Part shown: in pieces, positions 38,373 through 50,900 of the stretch
Layout: every line of letters begins with the position of its first letter
Numbering within the stretch: the stretch's first letter is position 1
Origin: an uncultured virus (IMG/VR IMGVR_UViG_3300044630_001353)
Taxonomy: Duplodnaviria > Heunggongvirae > Uroviricota > Caudoviricetes
Direction: 5' to 3' (one strand)
DNA: 64,000 nt
Virus record (IMG/VR): IMGVR_UViG_3300044630_001353
Translations under genes and position numbers: made by a program
Notes under the pieces: model-generated
Seen by the model: only the letters and a program-made list of their open reading frames with translations
The model's database searches: none
What the model was told of the DNA's origin: nothing

Positions 38373-40154
38373 ATGTTTGAATTTGAAGAAGAAAACGCCG
38401 CGCCAAACGATTTAAATTACTGGAATGACCAGCAAATGGGCAATGTTGACCCCAACATGAGCTATGACGCATTTGGTACGCCAGTTACAAGAGGTAGCGC
38501 CGCCGCTACACAAGCAGACCCCACAGGTCTAGCTGAAATGTATTTGGACGCCCAGAAAAGCGGTAAAAGTGGTAAAGGTTTATTGGATGCTTTGTTTAAA
38601 GACTCCAAAGGCAACATTGACCTTGGCAAATTGGCGACATTGATGATTGGCGCTAAAACCTTAAAGCAAGGCCCACGCGCTTTGCCTAAAGCTGGCTTTC
38701 AAGGCACCATCCCTAAGTACACCGCTACCCGCAAAATGGTTACCGCACCTCCCGCTACGTTAGTGGACGCTATTACTAAACGCCGCCCCGGCTCTAGTGC
38801 TATCGATTATAAGGGTGACGTTTTATATGGCAAAGCCGCAGGCGGACCTATTGCAATTCCGAAAATGACAGCCACCCGCTCCATGATGACCGCACCTCCT
38901 GCCATGGTGGGTGGTATTGCTCGCCGACCCGGCTCCTCTGCAGTCCAGTATAGACCCGGCGTAACCTTTGCCAAAAAGCCTATGGCTGAGGGCGGGCTTG
39001 CTGACTCCCCTTACTTACAAGGTGAAACCGATGGTATGGCTGATGAAATCCCAGCACAAATTGACAACGATCAGCCTGCCGCTTTAAGCCATGGTGAGTT
39101 TGTAATCCCTGCAGACGTTGTGTCTCATTTAGGCAACGGTAACTCTGATGCAGGCGCTAAGAAGCTGTATGAGATGATGGATCGCATCCGAGAGGCCCGC
39201 ACCGGCACTAAAGAGCAGGGCAAACGTATTGACCCCGATGAGTTTACTTCCGGTGGTTTGGCTTACGCCGCAGGCGGAAATGTAAAGCACTACTTGGCAG
39301 GCGGCGACATTACCAGCCAAGAAACTACTTTGTCGGACTGGTCGGCTCCTTACGTTACCGATATGCTTGCCAAAGGCCAAGCTCTATCAGAGATGCCTTA
39401 TGAGCAGTATTCCGGCCCATTGACGGCTGGCGCTTCTGCATTGCAAGACAAAGCTTTTACTGGCCTGCAGAATGTCAACTTCCCCGGCAACTTTGGCGCT
39501 ACTTTTAGCGCTCAAGGAGCCCCTCAGACTCCTGCTGCAGGTGGTTTAAACACTGCCGGCATGAGCGGCACTACTACAACTGTAGGTGCTGACGGCAAAC
39601 CTGTAACGCAAAACAACGGTATTGGCGTGGCTCAGCAATACATGAACCCGTACCTTGACCAAGTGTTACGCCCCCAGCTTAACGAAATGACGCGGCAGTC
39701 GCAAATCAATCTACAGCCCGGCTTGGCTAAGCTGACTGCGGCTGGTGGTTATGGCGGTGGTCGTCAAGCCATCATGGAAAGTGAAGCTGGACGCAACTTG
39801 TTGCAAGAGCAGAACACAACCATTGGCAAGGGCTACGCCACTGCTTACGATAAAGCGCTTGATCAATTCAACAAAGAGCAAGACCAAGGTGTGGGCTTGG
39901 CTAACCTGTTAGCTACTCAAGGCGCTACACAGCGTGACATTGAACAGCAAGGTCTTACAGCCGACAAAACCGCCTTTGAAGAGGCCAGAGCAAACCCCTT
40001 CAAAATGGTTCAATTCCAACAGTCTTTGTTGGATAAGTTGCCTCTTGAGACCACTAACTATGGTGGCATTACGCCCAGCAGGTTAGAAGCAATCTCTGAA
40101 AACATGAAGACAACCAATGAGTTGTTGAAAACACTTGGTCTTACAAAACCTTAA
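38373..40154 (+). CDS. putative DNA transfer/ejection protein
   Basis: YMNPY..GGYGGGRQA and several AxGG motifs; DGMADEIPA..LSHGEFVIPA domain. Confidence 0.65.
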   Translation: MFEFEEENAAPNDLNYWNDQQMGNVDPNMSYDAFGTPVTRGSAAATQADPTGLAEMYLDAQKSGKSGKGLLDALFKDSKGNIDLGKLATLMIGAKTLKQGPRALPKAGFQGTIPKYTATRKMVTAPPATLVDAITKRRPGSSAIDYKGDVLYGKAAGGPIAIPKMTATRSMMTAPPAMVGGIARRPGSSAVQYRPGVTFAKKPMAEGGLADSPYLQGETDGMADEIPAQIDNDQPAALSHGEFVIPADVVSHLGNGNSDAGAKKLYEMMDRIREARTGTKEQGKRIDPDEFTSGGLAYAAGGNVKHYLAGGDITSQETTLSDWSAPYVTDMLAKGQALSEMPYEQYSGPLTAGASALQDKAFTGLQNVNFPGNFGATFSAQGAPQTPAAGGLNTAGMSGTTTTVGADGKPVTQNNGIGVAQQYMNPYLDQVLRPQLNEMTRQSQINLQPGLAKLTAAGGYGGGRQAIMESEAGRNLLQEQNTTIGKGYATAYDKALDQFNKEQDQGVGLANLLATQGATQRDIEQQGLTADKTAFEEARANPFKMVQFQQSLLDKLPLETTNYGGITPSRLEAISENMKTTNELLKTLGLTKP

Positions 40155-40163
40155 AGGCTGAAC

Positions 40164-41897
40164 ATGCTTCAACGTCCTACCGCCAGTAAAATTGCATCTG
40201 CGTACACCGGTAATGCGCCTGCATTGGATGCTCGCATTAAGCAGGAGCAACAGGCTGACAACAGCATTTCTCCTGACCTGCGTAAGCTGTTGGCCCTGCA
40301 AGACCTGACCTCCGATGAAAAACACATGGGCATCGACCAAGCTCTGAAGACACCCATGAACCCACCAACTGTGGCTCAAAGTCTGCAAGACAGAGCTAAG
40401 CAGATTTTGGCGGCTCGCATGACGCAAGCTCAACAAAACGCAGGGATTGCACAAGACCAGCAAAAGCAAATGATTGAGCAAGGACGTCCCGGCCCAGTGC
40501 CACAAGGTGTTGCACAGCCTGAGCCACAGCCTGAAGGTATTGACCAGCTTCCATCTAACGTCGGTGATGCTTACGCCAATGGCGGCATTGTTGCGTTTAG
40601 CTCTGGTGGTTATGGCGAATGGTTGCGTAGCATGTTTGAAAGCAACATAACGGATGCTGAAAAGAAGCGTAAAGCCGCGCTTGAAACCGCAGCTCAACCT
40701 GCCGCCAAAGAAGCCTCAGCTAAACAAGCCGCAATTTCTAAGCGTTTAGACGAAGAGCGTGCACGCAATTACGCCGAAGTCATCAACCCAAAGCCCGAAG
40801 GCGACCCCCGCTTACTGCGTGCTCCTAAAGGCGAAAGCGTAAGCACGGCGGCAGAAGATGCCGAAACCGTGAAAACTCAAGCCCCTGCGCCTAAACCGCC
40901 ACGCATTACCAAGATCACTGATAAACCAAGTATTGCTAACTTGCCCACATTACCCCCTGAGCTTCCAATTCCGGTGGCTGGGTCACCTCGTGACATCATG
41001 GGTAAGTCCATGACTTTAGACCCTGATGCTGAAGCCAAGCGTATTTTGGCGGCACGTGAAAAGTTAGTGGGCGCTCCGGATACATCGCAGTACCAAGCTT
41101 TGATTGACGAGTTGCGAGGCCAAAAAACCAAGCTCCAAGAGAAAAAAGAACCCGGCTTTGAAAGCCTTATGGATTACCTTGGAGAAATTGCCGCAGGCCC
41201 AACCACAGGCCGTTCAGGTAAGGCTGGCTCTCAAGCTTCCGAGCGTTTGCGTTTACGTGGACTGGAGAAGGAAAAGCAAGCCAATGCACTGTCTGAGCGC
41301 ATGATTGAAGCCGCGCAGAAACAGCAAGATGCTATTTACGGTTACAAGAAAGAAGGCTTTGCACTCAGCGAAGGAGAGCGTTCACGTGTGTTTAAAGAGC
41401 GCTTTGATTCCGCCAAAGCTGCTGGTGAGTCTGATGACCGCGCTAGACAAATGGCTCAAAATGCCGTGATTGAGCGTGAAAAAATGGCGGTGGAGCGTGA
41501 AAGAATTGCAGCCACATTAAAATCGGCTGGCATGAATCGCCAAGGCCAGCTCATGGACATTGCTGAAGCGCTAATGAAGCAAGACAAAACTGGCAAGTTA
41601 GATTTGCCAGCCGCATTGCAAAAAGCCGCGCTACTCATTGGCTCTACACAGATAGCTGGTCAAGACGTTAAGTCGCGTGCTGATTACCAAAAAGCTAAAG
41701 ACAAAATTACGGAACAAAATCCGGAGTGGATGCGTGTGGGTCAGACTCAGTCCGCAATTGCTGCAAGGAGAAGTTTTGAGAAAGCAATGGCGGAACTGGA
41801 CCAGACCTATGGCGTTACTGGCGGAGCTGGTTTAAACTCTTTACCAGCCACCAATGCTGGAGTTAAAATTCTCAGCATCGAACCCTCCAAACCATAA
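40164..41897 (+). CDS. putative ejection protein
   Basis: Helical, charged; YANGGIVAF motif. Confidence 0.6.
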   Translation: MLQRPTASKIASAYTGNAPALDARIKQEQQADNSISPDLRKLLALQDLTSDEKHMGIDQALKTPMNPPTVAQSLQDRAKQILAARMTQAQQNAGIAQDQQKQMIEQGRPGPVPQGVAQPEPQPEGIDQLPSNVGDAYANGGIVAFSSGGYGEWLRSMFESNITDAEKKRKAALETAAQPAAKEASAKQAAISKRLDEERARNYAEVINPKPEGDPRLLRAPKGESVSTAAEDAETVKTQAPAPKPPRITKITDKPSIANLPTLPPELPIPVAGSPRDIMGKSMTLDPDAEAKRILAAREKLVGAPDTSQYQALIDELRGQKTKLQEKKEPGFESLMDYLGEIAAGPTTGRSGKAGSQASERLRLRGLEKEKQANALSERMIEAAQKQQDAIYGYKKEGFALSEGERSRVFKERFDSAKAAGESDDRARQMAQNAVIEREKMAVERERIAATLKSAGMNRQGQLMDIAEALMKQDKTGKLDLPAALQKAALLIGSTQIAGQDVKSRADYQKAKDKITEQNPEWMRVGQTQSAIAARRSFEKAMAELDQTYGVTGGAGLNSLPATNAGVKILSIEPSKP

Positions 41898-41908
41898 GGT
41901 AAGTTGCC

Positions 41909-44900
41909 ATGGCGATAGCTCGTATTCAGTTGCCGGATGGCAGGATTGCTACTGTTGAAATCCCTGACGGCCTGTCTGTACAGCAAGCCCAAACGCTACT
42001 TAACCAACAGTTTGCGCCTAAAGCTGAAGAGCCAACAGTTGGCCCCGCTGGCTTTTCTCTTAAAGATACTGGACGTGCCGCTCAACAAGGCTTCTATGGT
42101 GGCTTACAAACCCTAACTGACCTGTTTGGTGCCGGTAATGCCGTATCCAAAGACTTGACTGCGCTTCAACAGGAGGCCGCAGGCAAGATGTCTGAAGAGC
42201 GTAAGGCTGAGATTGCTCGCCGAGAATTGCTCAAGAAGAAAGCCGAAGGCAACACGTGGGAAGAAATTAAAGCCACGGTTGGTGGCTTTACAGAAGCTCC
42301 CTTTCAAACTTCAGTGGGTGCCTTGTCGGGTAGCGTCCCAGTTATTGCCAGCGCATTTTTGCCGGGTGGTCAGCCTGCCGCTGTTGCTGGCTTAACAGGT
42401 AGAGCCGCACTAGGTGCAAGAGCCTTAGCCGCCGCCAAATCACCAGCCGCCGGTGTCGGTGCGTTGATGGGTGTTGGTGGTCAGAAAGGCCAAGATTACG
42501 AAACCGTCAAACAGGCATTGCTTGAAAAGAATTTCTCAGAAGCTGATGCGGAAAGACTTGCTCAGCAAGTAAGTGGTTACTCACTTGAAAATGCGCCGCG
42601 CCAATTAGCCTCCGGTTTGATGGGTGGTTTAGAAGGTGTAACTGGTATCGAGGGCTTGCTTGGCCGTGCTGGCCGACTGGGCAAAGCGTTGCCTAAAGTT
42701 GATAAAGCGGGCAACTTACCTGAGCCAACGTATGGTCAAGCATTACGTAGAGGTATCCTCAGTGAGGCGGCTCCTGAAGCCGCACAGGCCGCTACAGGGC
42801 AAGTGGGCACTAACATCGCTCTTAACCAAGCCGGCATTCCTACCGACTTGATGTCAGGTGTGGCGGCTCAGGTTGTACACGATGCATTGGTTGGCGGCAC
42901 GCTGGGTGCGGCTACATCACCACTCAAGATGCGTGAGATGCGTCAAGAGTTTGTCAACGAGGAAGTTGCACGCAAGCGTGAAGAGGACGAGCGCTTTGCA
43001 CAAAGCCGCAGGGATGCGATTGCACAACGCCAGAAAACTAAACAGCAGATTGTTGGTAACCAGCCTTTGCTGTTGGCTGGGCCAAGCCAAGAGCTAGAAC
43101 CAACCAAAGAAAAGCCCCCGCTTCAGAACCCCATTGGTAACCTGACTCCCGACGAGTTAGGCCCTGAAGTTACCAGCTACCTTAATCAATACCGCAAGTC
43201 CAATAGCTTGCCACGCCTGCAGTCCTACTCTATTGAGGACGTCAAGGACGCAATGACTGCGGTTAATCCAGAGGGCGAGAAAGCCGCGCTGGACTCCATC
43301 CTTGCCGCTAAGACGGGCTACACCGGCCAGCAGAACTTCACAGCCAAAGACGTTGAGAACGCCGCCATTGAGAAGAATGTTGCCACCGGCACCAAAGGCT
43401 TCAGCGATTTCCTTGCACGCACTACTGGTGTAAACAACCTTCAAGAGATGTCAGAGCCGCAGCTCTATGCCGCGTTTACAGCGCTGACTGACATGCCCGC
43501 CAACACGACCGGGCAGCAAATGGTTTTGCCCGAAGGTACAAACGCATCACGGTTTACACAGAAGCAATACGACAACGCAGTCAAATTTGTTGGCATGACG
43601 TTTGACGATAATAATGGTAAACCCTTATCCACAGAAACCATTCTGGCCGACATCAAGGACTCCACCAACTTGGAGACTGACCGCGATGCCAAAGCATTGT
43701 TGGATACCGCAATCAAAAATGGCGACCTTGAGCAGAGTCAGCAAGTTGTTTATCGCACGTTTAAACCAGACACCGACCAAATGGTGGCCACGTACCCAAC
43801 CCGGGAGCGTGCCGCTGCTGCAGCTAAAAAACAAGGTTTAAACGTTAGGGAAGCTACCCTTACGCAAGTTGCTCCCAAGGCTCCCGTTACACCACCTACC
43901 GCACCACGTGCTGGTTTGCCTGCTGGTTACGACATTACTGAGCGTCAGTTCAAGGAGGGTGAGGAGCCTGAAGGCTACCAAATCACTTCCGAGGCTGGCG
44001 GTAAGCCATTCCCAACGATTTTGAACCAAGCCGAAGTTGAAGGCAAGATTCAACAGCTATCCGCAGACCGCCAAGAGATTGCCGCCACAAAGCTTCAAGA
44101 GGTAATGAAGTACGAGGATACGGTTAATGAAGGTAAGCGTGAGCTTGAGAAAATGGAGGCGGCTGGTGAGTTTGACACCGATGCTTACAAGCAAAAGAAA
44201 GCACGTCAAGCCGCTAAGGAAGACCTCCTTGGTAAGCGTATTGACGCTCTCTATGCTGAGATTGAAGGGCTAACAGCAAAACTCAAGTCTAAGGCTGTTG
44301 GCTCCAAGCCAATCGCCCGTAAGGGATATACGGTCACCAAAGAGGGCAAAGAGTCCGGCACATTCCCCACCCGTGAAGCGGCTGAGGAAAGCGTTTTGGC
44401 TGGCCTGTCTGATGCTGAGTTAGATGCGTTGGTATCCGATAAGAAGTTTGGTGGCCTAGCCAACCGTGCGGCGGCTGAACAAAACCGTCGCCGTAGCGCT
44501 CCCCCTACTAAAGGCAAGAAGGTCTCTGAAGTATTGAAGGACCTTGAGTCAGGCCCCCCCCTGAAGGAAACCCCTGAGCTGTTGGCGGCTACAAAACCTT
44601 TGCGCGACATGCTTAACAAGTTTGGCTTAGGTGATGTTGCCTTAAAGCTTGTCAAAGCCATTGAAAACAAAGCTGACGGTTCATACGCTGGAAAGCTAAT
44701 CCAAATTGCCTTGGATGCTAAGTATCCCATTCGCACCCTGCGTCATGAATCTCTCCACGCCTTAAAAGAGTTAGGCTTTTTTACCGATGCGCAGTGGAAG
44801 TCCCTTGAGAAGATGGCACGCGATAAGTGGGTTGACCAATACCTTAAGTCTAGTAAAGCGTTGCTGTCTAACGGTAAAACTGTAACCCGCTATGAAGCGT

Positions 44901-47900
44901 ATCAGTTGCCTAAAGACCAAGGTGGTCAGGGTTTGACGGAAGCAGAAATTTTTGAAGAAGCTATTGCGGACGCCTTTGGTGACTTTGATGTAAACAAAGC
45001 GCCGCCCGGCATGTTGTCTGCGCTGCTGAACAAAATGCGTGGCTTCTTTGAGAGTTTAAACAACTACCTTGAAGGCCGTGGTTTTCAGAACTCACAGGAC
45101 ATCTTTAACGCTGTTGAAGCAGGCAAGCTTAAAGCCAAAGGTACTGCCGCCCCAGCCGGTACGAAGTTAAGTGTAGCGCCTGCCGAAGAGGGCAAGCCCG
45201 TCAAGGAAGTTGACCCTAATGACGTAGGCAACATTGTTCAAAACAGCCCTTACAAAGATGCCGGCATCAATGTACTGAGCTCACCAATTGTCCAGACCTC
45301 CAAGAAGTTAAAGGTTGATGAAGTTGGTCAATTGTTTGACGACGCTTACCAAGCAGAGTTTGGTAAACGCGGTGACTGGCGTGATCCTAATGACTTTAAA
45401 CGCGCAGTTGGTCAGGCGGTTGATGAGTTGAAGTTTCAGATGCAGCAGGCAAAGTCCGGCCAAGACTGGTACGACGAAGACATTGCGGAAGCGTTTAAAG
45501 CAACAGAAGCAATTATTCCTAGCCTCAAAGACCCACAGAAAAGAGCTTTCTTTTCAGTGCTGGCCGGCATTATGTCCCCCAGCACCAACGCACGTGAGAA
45601 CTGGGTTATTGCCGCAGAAGCGTATCAACATTACGAGCAGACCGGTATTGTCCCCGGTCGCAATCCAGCCAACGGCAACCTTTGGATGGGCGGCTTAACG
45701 TCAGCCACCAAAGAGAAGCAACTCAACATGCTCAACAAGATGATGCAACCTGTTGCTCAGGGTGGCATGGGTGAGAAGGCAACTATTGAGTGGATGCAAG
45801 GCACACACCCTGTTAAAGAAATTAATCAGATGCGCCGCCAGTACGGCAACATGGGCGGCATCGATGGTAAGGCAACAGACTTAAAAATGGGCCTTACTGC
45901 TTTTGGTCCCAAGGTGGGACCTTTTGTGATGAACATTAACGGTATCCACGAGGTAACGGTTGATGTGTGGATGACACGCACATTCAATAGATACTTTGGA
46001 CAGATGATGGGTCCGGACGGTAAAATGACTGAGGCCCCCACAGAGCCTCAACGTGTGGCAGTTAAGAACCTTGTCATCAGCGCTGCTCAGCAAGTCAACC
46101 TGAAGCCGTATCAGGTGCAGTCAGTGTTGTGGTTCTATGAACAGCAACTCTTTAACAAACTTGGAACAGGAGCGAAGAGCTATGGATTCAGTGACGGTGC
46201 AAAAAAATTCGTTGAAACGCAAGGAGCTGGAAGCGGAAAAGTGCCTCCTCCAACTGGGGGTGGTAATGCGCCAGCGAACAAACCAGCCGGACAGCGAGCA
46301 GGACAGGCAAGCGCTCCAGCGAGTCAACAACCTGCTGGCAAACCTAAAAAGCTAAGCTTAGGTGTGGTGGGCGAAGTTGCCCCCAACCCTGACCACCCAA
46401 CCGCCGCACAGTGGCGTGAGATGACGCAATCAGAACGTTTAAACGCTACAACTGCGGTGGCCAGAAAGGTGATGAACGGCATCTTTGACGAGCTGAACCT
46501 TCAAGGCTACAAGTTTAAATTCTCTACCGGTACTTATGAAGGTGAAATGAACCCCAACATTATTGTTGAGGCACCTGCAGACGCCAGCCTTGAGGAGCTT
46601 AATGAGCTAGCACGTGTCATGGGTTACGCCCTTGACCAAAAAGCCATGGTCGTGTTTGATGATGAGAACACCAGCTCTGAAAATCAAGAAGGCCATGTCA
46701 TGATAAAAGTGCCCGAGGGCATGAGCGAGGAAGTTTTTGACGCATTACGCGACCACATTGGTCGTGCCGTACCACAAGTTGAAGGCGACACCTTGCGTGA
46801 TGGCATGTTGTATTTTGGCAATTTTTCCGCTTACAACGACAACATTGAAACGGTTACTGACAGACAGTATTATGATGCTATTAAAGATGCTGTCGCAACA
46901 TTTGACTACGATGGCGACATTGAGATTTACGAGCCTCAGCGGTTCCACAGTGAATTGATTTGGCCTGCAAACAGAGAAGCCTATTTAGAGGGGACACGCT
47001 ATGGCGCGAGTAATCGAGAAGAAGTACCAGCAGGGGCAGAGGCCGTTCGGGGGTTCGGGGGTCGCCGTCTTCAGACCTTATCGGAAGACGCAATCGCCCT
47101 CAGAGACCGTTGGATTGACGCCCGAGGATCGGCTCGCCTCGGCGGCAGAAGCCAGCCTAATGCGACAAGTTATGGCGAACCAACAGCCGAGTATGGCACA
47201 GCAACGCCCGACTCAACCTCAGTCACAGGCGTCCACTTCAGCAAGCAAGCAAGAGCCTCAATAAACTCTGGCTTTTACGGCAACGGACTGCGCGGTTTAG
47301 AGTCCGAGCGTTTAAATGACCCAGCTAATTCCGACATCCGCTCACGTGCGTATTTTTACGTAGACACCGGAAAAGGTGTACGTCCGGAGGCTGGTGTTGG
47401 TGGCGTACCACACGTCATTCAACTAAACAATCTGTACGATGCGCAGAAAGACCCGTTGCAGATCGTTAAGAATGTACGTGGTACCACAGCCGAGGAACGC
47501 GCTGACAGGCTAGAGCGTGGCATTATGAATGCTGGCTTTGATGGTTACGTGACCCGCGACCCAATCATGAGCCAAGGTTTTGCGGTGTTGATTGGCAATC
47601 ACAACATCAAGACTGGTCAAAAATACAGCCTGCAAGAAGCCCCAGATACGCCTGAGTTTAAACGGTGGTTTGGTGACAGCAAGGTTGTGGATGCTGATGG
47701 CAAGCCTTTAGTTGTTTACCACGCAACATCTGATGACTTTGATAGCTTTGACCCCTCCCAAGACAGAAGAGAAAATGGTTTAATTTTCTTTGCCGAAGAT
47801 TCTGCTAATGCAGAAGCAACAAGATTTTTTGACAAGAGAGAAGCAACGCAGGTTATGCCTGTGTATTTACAAATTAAGAAAATGTTTAACGGACTTCAAG

Positions 47901-50900
47901 GAGTTCCCAAAGAACTGCAAAACTGGATATTGTCAAACAAAAATAATTTAAAAAAAGAGCTAAACCAATACGAGCAAGATTGGGGCTTGGCACTGAGCGC
48001 CTTAGACTATCTTGACAAGGATGACACGGGCAATTTCAACCCTAAAAATTACATCAAAGCAATAGCCAGTGGCGAATGGCAGGCAATTGAGGCATCCAAG
48101 TCTTTAATTAACAAAATTAAAGAGCTTGGTTATGACGGCATCAAGATGTATGAAGACGGCAATACCTACGCCGTATTTAAACCTACGCAAATCAAATCAG
48201 CCACAGGCAACATTGGTACGTTTGACGCCACCAACCCCGACATTCGTTACAGTCTTCGGGCAGTGGAGGACACACCTAACTTTAAACGCTTCTTTAAAGA
48301 GAGCAAGTTCGTGGACAACAACGGCAACCCGTTGACGATGTACCACGCAACCAACGCCGACATTGTTGAGTTCAACAGCTCTGAGGACGGCAAGCTTGGC
48401 GCTGGCATTTACTTGTCATCAGCCCCTGACTATGTGACGCAGTACGCCCCCGAGGGCAATGTAATGCCTTTGTACGCAAGCGCACAGAACCCTTACGTTT
48501 TAAACATCCGCAGTGAAGCTGTTAAGAGCACCTTGCAAAGCAAGTTGCCTTTTGTCAATGGCATCAACAAGCAGATGGAAGAGGCCGTCACCAAACTTAC
48601 TGACGGTAAGAAACGTTTAAAGGACCTAAACGGGGAGCAGGTTCGTAATTTGTTTAAACGCAATGGCTACGACGGCATCATCGCCCGGGACGACGCGGGC
48701 AACATCATTGAAGCTACAGTGTTTAAACCTCAGCAGGTAAAGTCTGCGATTGGTAACGTTGGAACCTTTAGCCCAAAGAGCAAAGACATCCGCTACAGCT
48801 TGCGTGATGCCACCGATATGTTTACCGGCAAAGAACTCGACAAAGCTTCCAAGACTGAATATAAGGGCCGCTACAAGCTGGTCAACATGCCTATTGATGA
48901 CTTCTTAAAGTTGTCAAAAATTGCTGGTCAAGACGCCGGTGCGCAAGGCAGGGCTGATGAAAGAGTGCAAGCTGGTACACCATTTACCAGTGTGCCTTAC
49001 TTGTACGTAGACCCTGACGGTACTGATTTGCGTGTGACCGGACACGATGGCAGACACCGCGCCCGTGCTTTAAAGAGTGCAGGCTACGACACCATGCCAG
49101 TCGAATTGCGTAGCATGATCCGCTGGTCGGAGCAGGCTGACCCTGAGAGCGCGGATTACCAAGAGACTTGGCCTGAGCGCATCTATGCCGAGGAAGGCGC
49201 TCTGCGTGAAGGCGCATCTATCCCCATGCCGGTTACACGGGAAGAGTCGCCAAAAAACTACACAGCGCCAACCAAGAAACTGAGCGTGCGCAGTGTTGAA
49301 GACAGAATTAAGGCTCTGCCTAACGGTGACAAAATGCACCAAGCGGTATCCAGTAAGACTACGGTCCGCGAGGAGAAGAGCATTGCTCAGCGCATCCTTG
49401 ATGCATTTGCAGGCGATAGCATTGCATCCATACGCCAGCAGGCGTTTAACCGCTACAACCAACTGAGCGTCTATGACAAGCGTTTGGCTGATCAAATGGG
49501 TGGGGTAGAGTTGTTGGCTGACTCCAGCGCGGAGGCGGCGGCGTTGCTTTCAGATACCGCATCAGGCGTAGCGGCGGCGGCCTTTGGTGTAAACAATATT
49601 GGCGGTGCCCCCGTGTATCGTAACGGCGTTACAGTCGTAGATAACTTTGACGGCAAAGTCAAGGGCTTGATGGACATCCTCATGCCGTTGGCTGAGTTAA
49701 AAGACCCATACGCTTACCGCGCCTTCCAGTTCTATGCGGCATCCAAACGCGGTACCCGCTTTGACAATGACGGCAAAGAGAAGTTGTTTGACAAAGATGA
49801 TTTTGCTCACGCAGCGGCATTGGAAACAGAATTTCCTATGTTTAAACAGGTACACAAGGACTGGATTGCGTACAACGACAAGCTTGTTGATTACATGGTG
49901 GCTACTGGCATCATTAGTAAAGACAAGGCTAAAGAGTTCACCAAGTACGCTGACTACATTCCGTTCTACCGCCAGCTTGAAGGTCAGGACACCATTGGCC
50001 CTAGAGTCTTCCAAAGCATCTCAGGCGTCAAGACTCCTAAAAAGCTCAAGGGTGGCGAGGCCCCGTTAGCTGACTTCATGGAAACCATTGTCCGCAACAC
50101 TCAGTCCATCATCCAAGCAGGCATGAAGAACACTGCCGGTCAAAAGGCTGTGGGTGTGGCAATGCAGTTGGGTGATGCCGAGTTACTGCCCAAACAGTCA
50201 AGCGCTCCCGGAACAATTACCATCATGCGCAATGGTGAATACGAATCCTACGGTGTGGCCGACGAGCTGTTTGTAAACTCAGTGAAGAGTTTAAACATGC
50301 CTGATGTGCAGCTTTGGGGAATTTTTGCTGGCCCAGCCGGGTTACTGCGTAGCATGGTTACCAAAGACCCCGGCTTCATGTTAGCCAACTTGTTGCGTGA
50401 CTCGATGTCAGCCTACGTAACGAGCGGTGTCAAGATGACCCCTGTTGCTGACACCGTAGCTAATTTTGGACGCGCATTGGGCGGGGAAGACCCAACATAC
50501 ATAGCGCTGGTAAAAGCCGGCATTTTGGGTGGATACGACTACGCCCAAGGGGTAGAGAGAAGTGGCAGTCAATTGTCCGCAGACCTTCGCAAACGGGTGG
50601 GCAACCAATCGCTAAGTGAACGCGCCATGGATGGTTTTGGCTTGTGGAGTGCGCTTGAAAAAGGAACCTCTGCGTCCGATGCCGCTACCCGCATGGCTGT
50701 TTACAACCAAGTCCTTAAAGACACAGGCAACGAGGCTGAGGCAATCTTCCGCGCACTTGAGGTGATGAACTTCAACCGCAAGGGTGCTAACCCTATGATC
50801 CGTCTACTTACTGCCGCAATCCCCTTCCTAAACGCACGTATGCAGGGCTTGGATATTTTCTACCGCGCAGGCATCCGACCCTCCTTTGAACAGAACCCAA

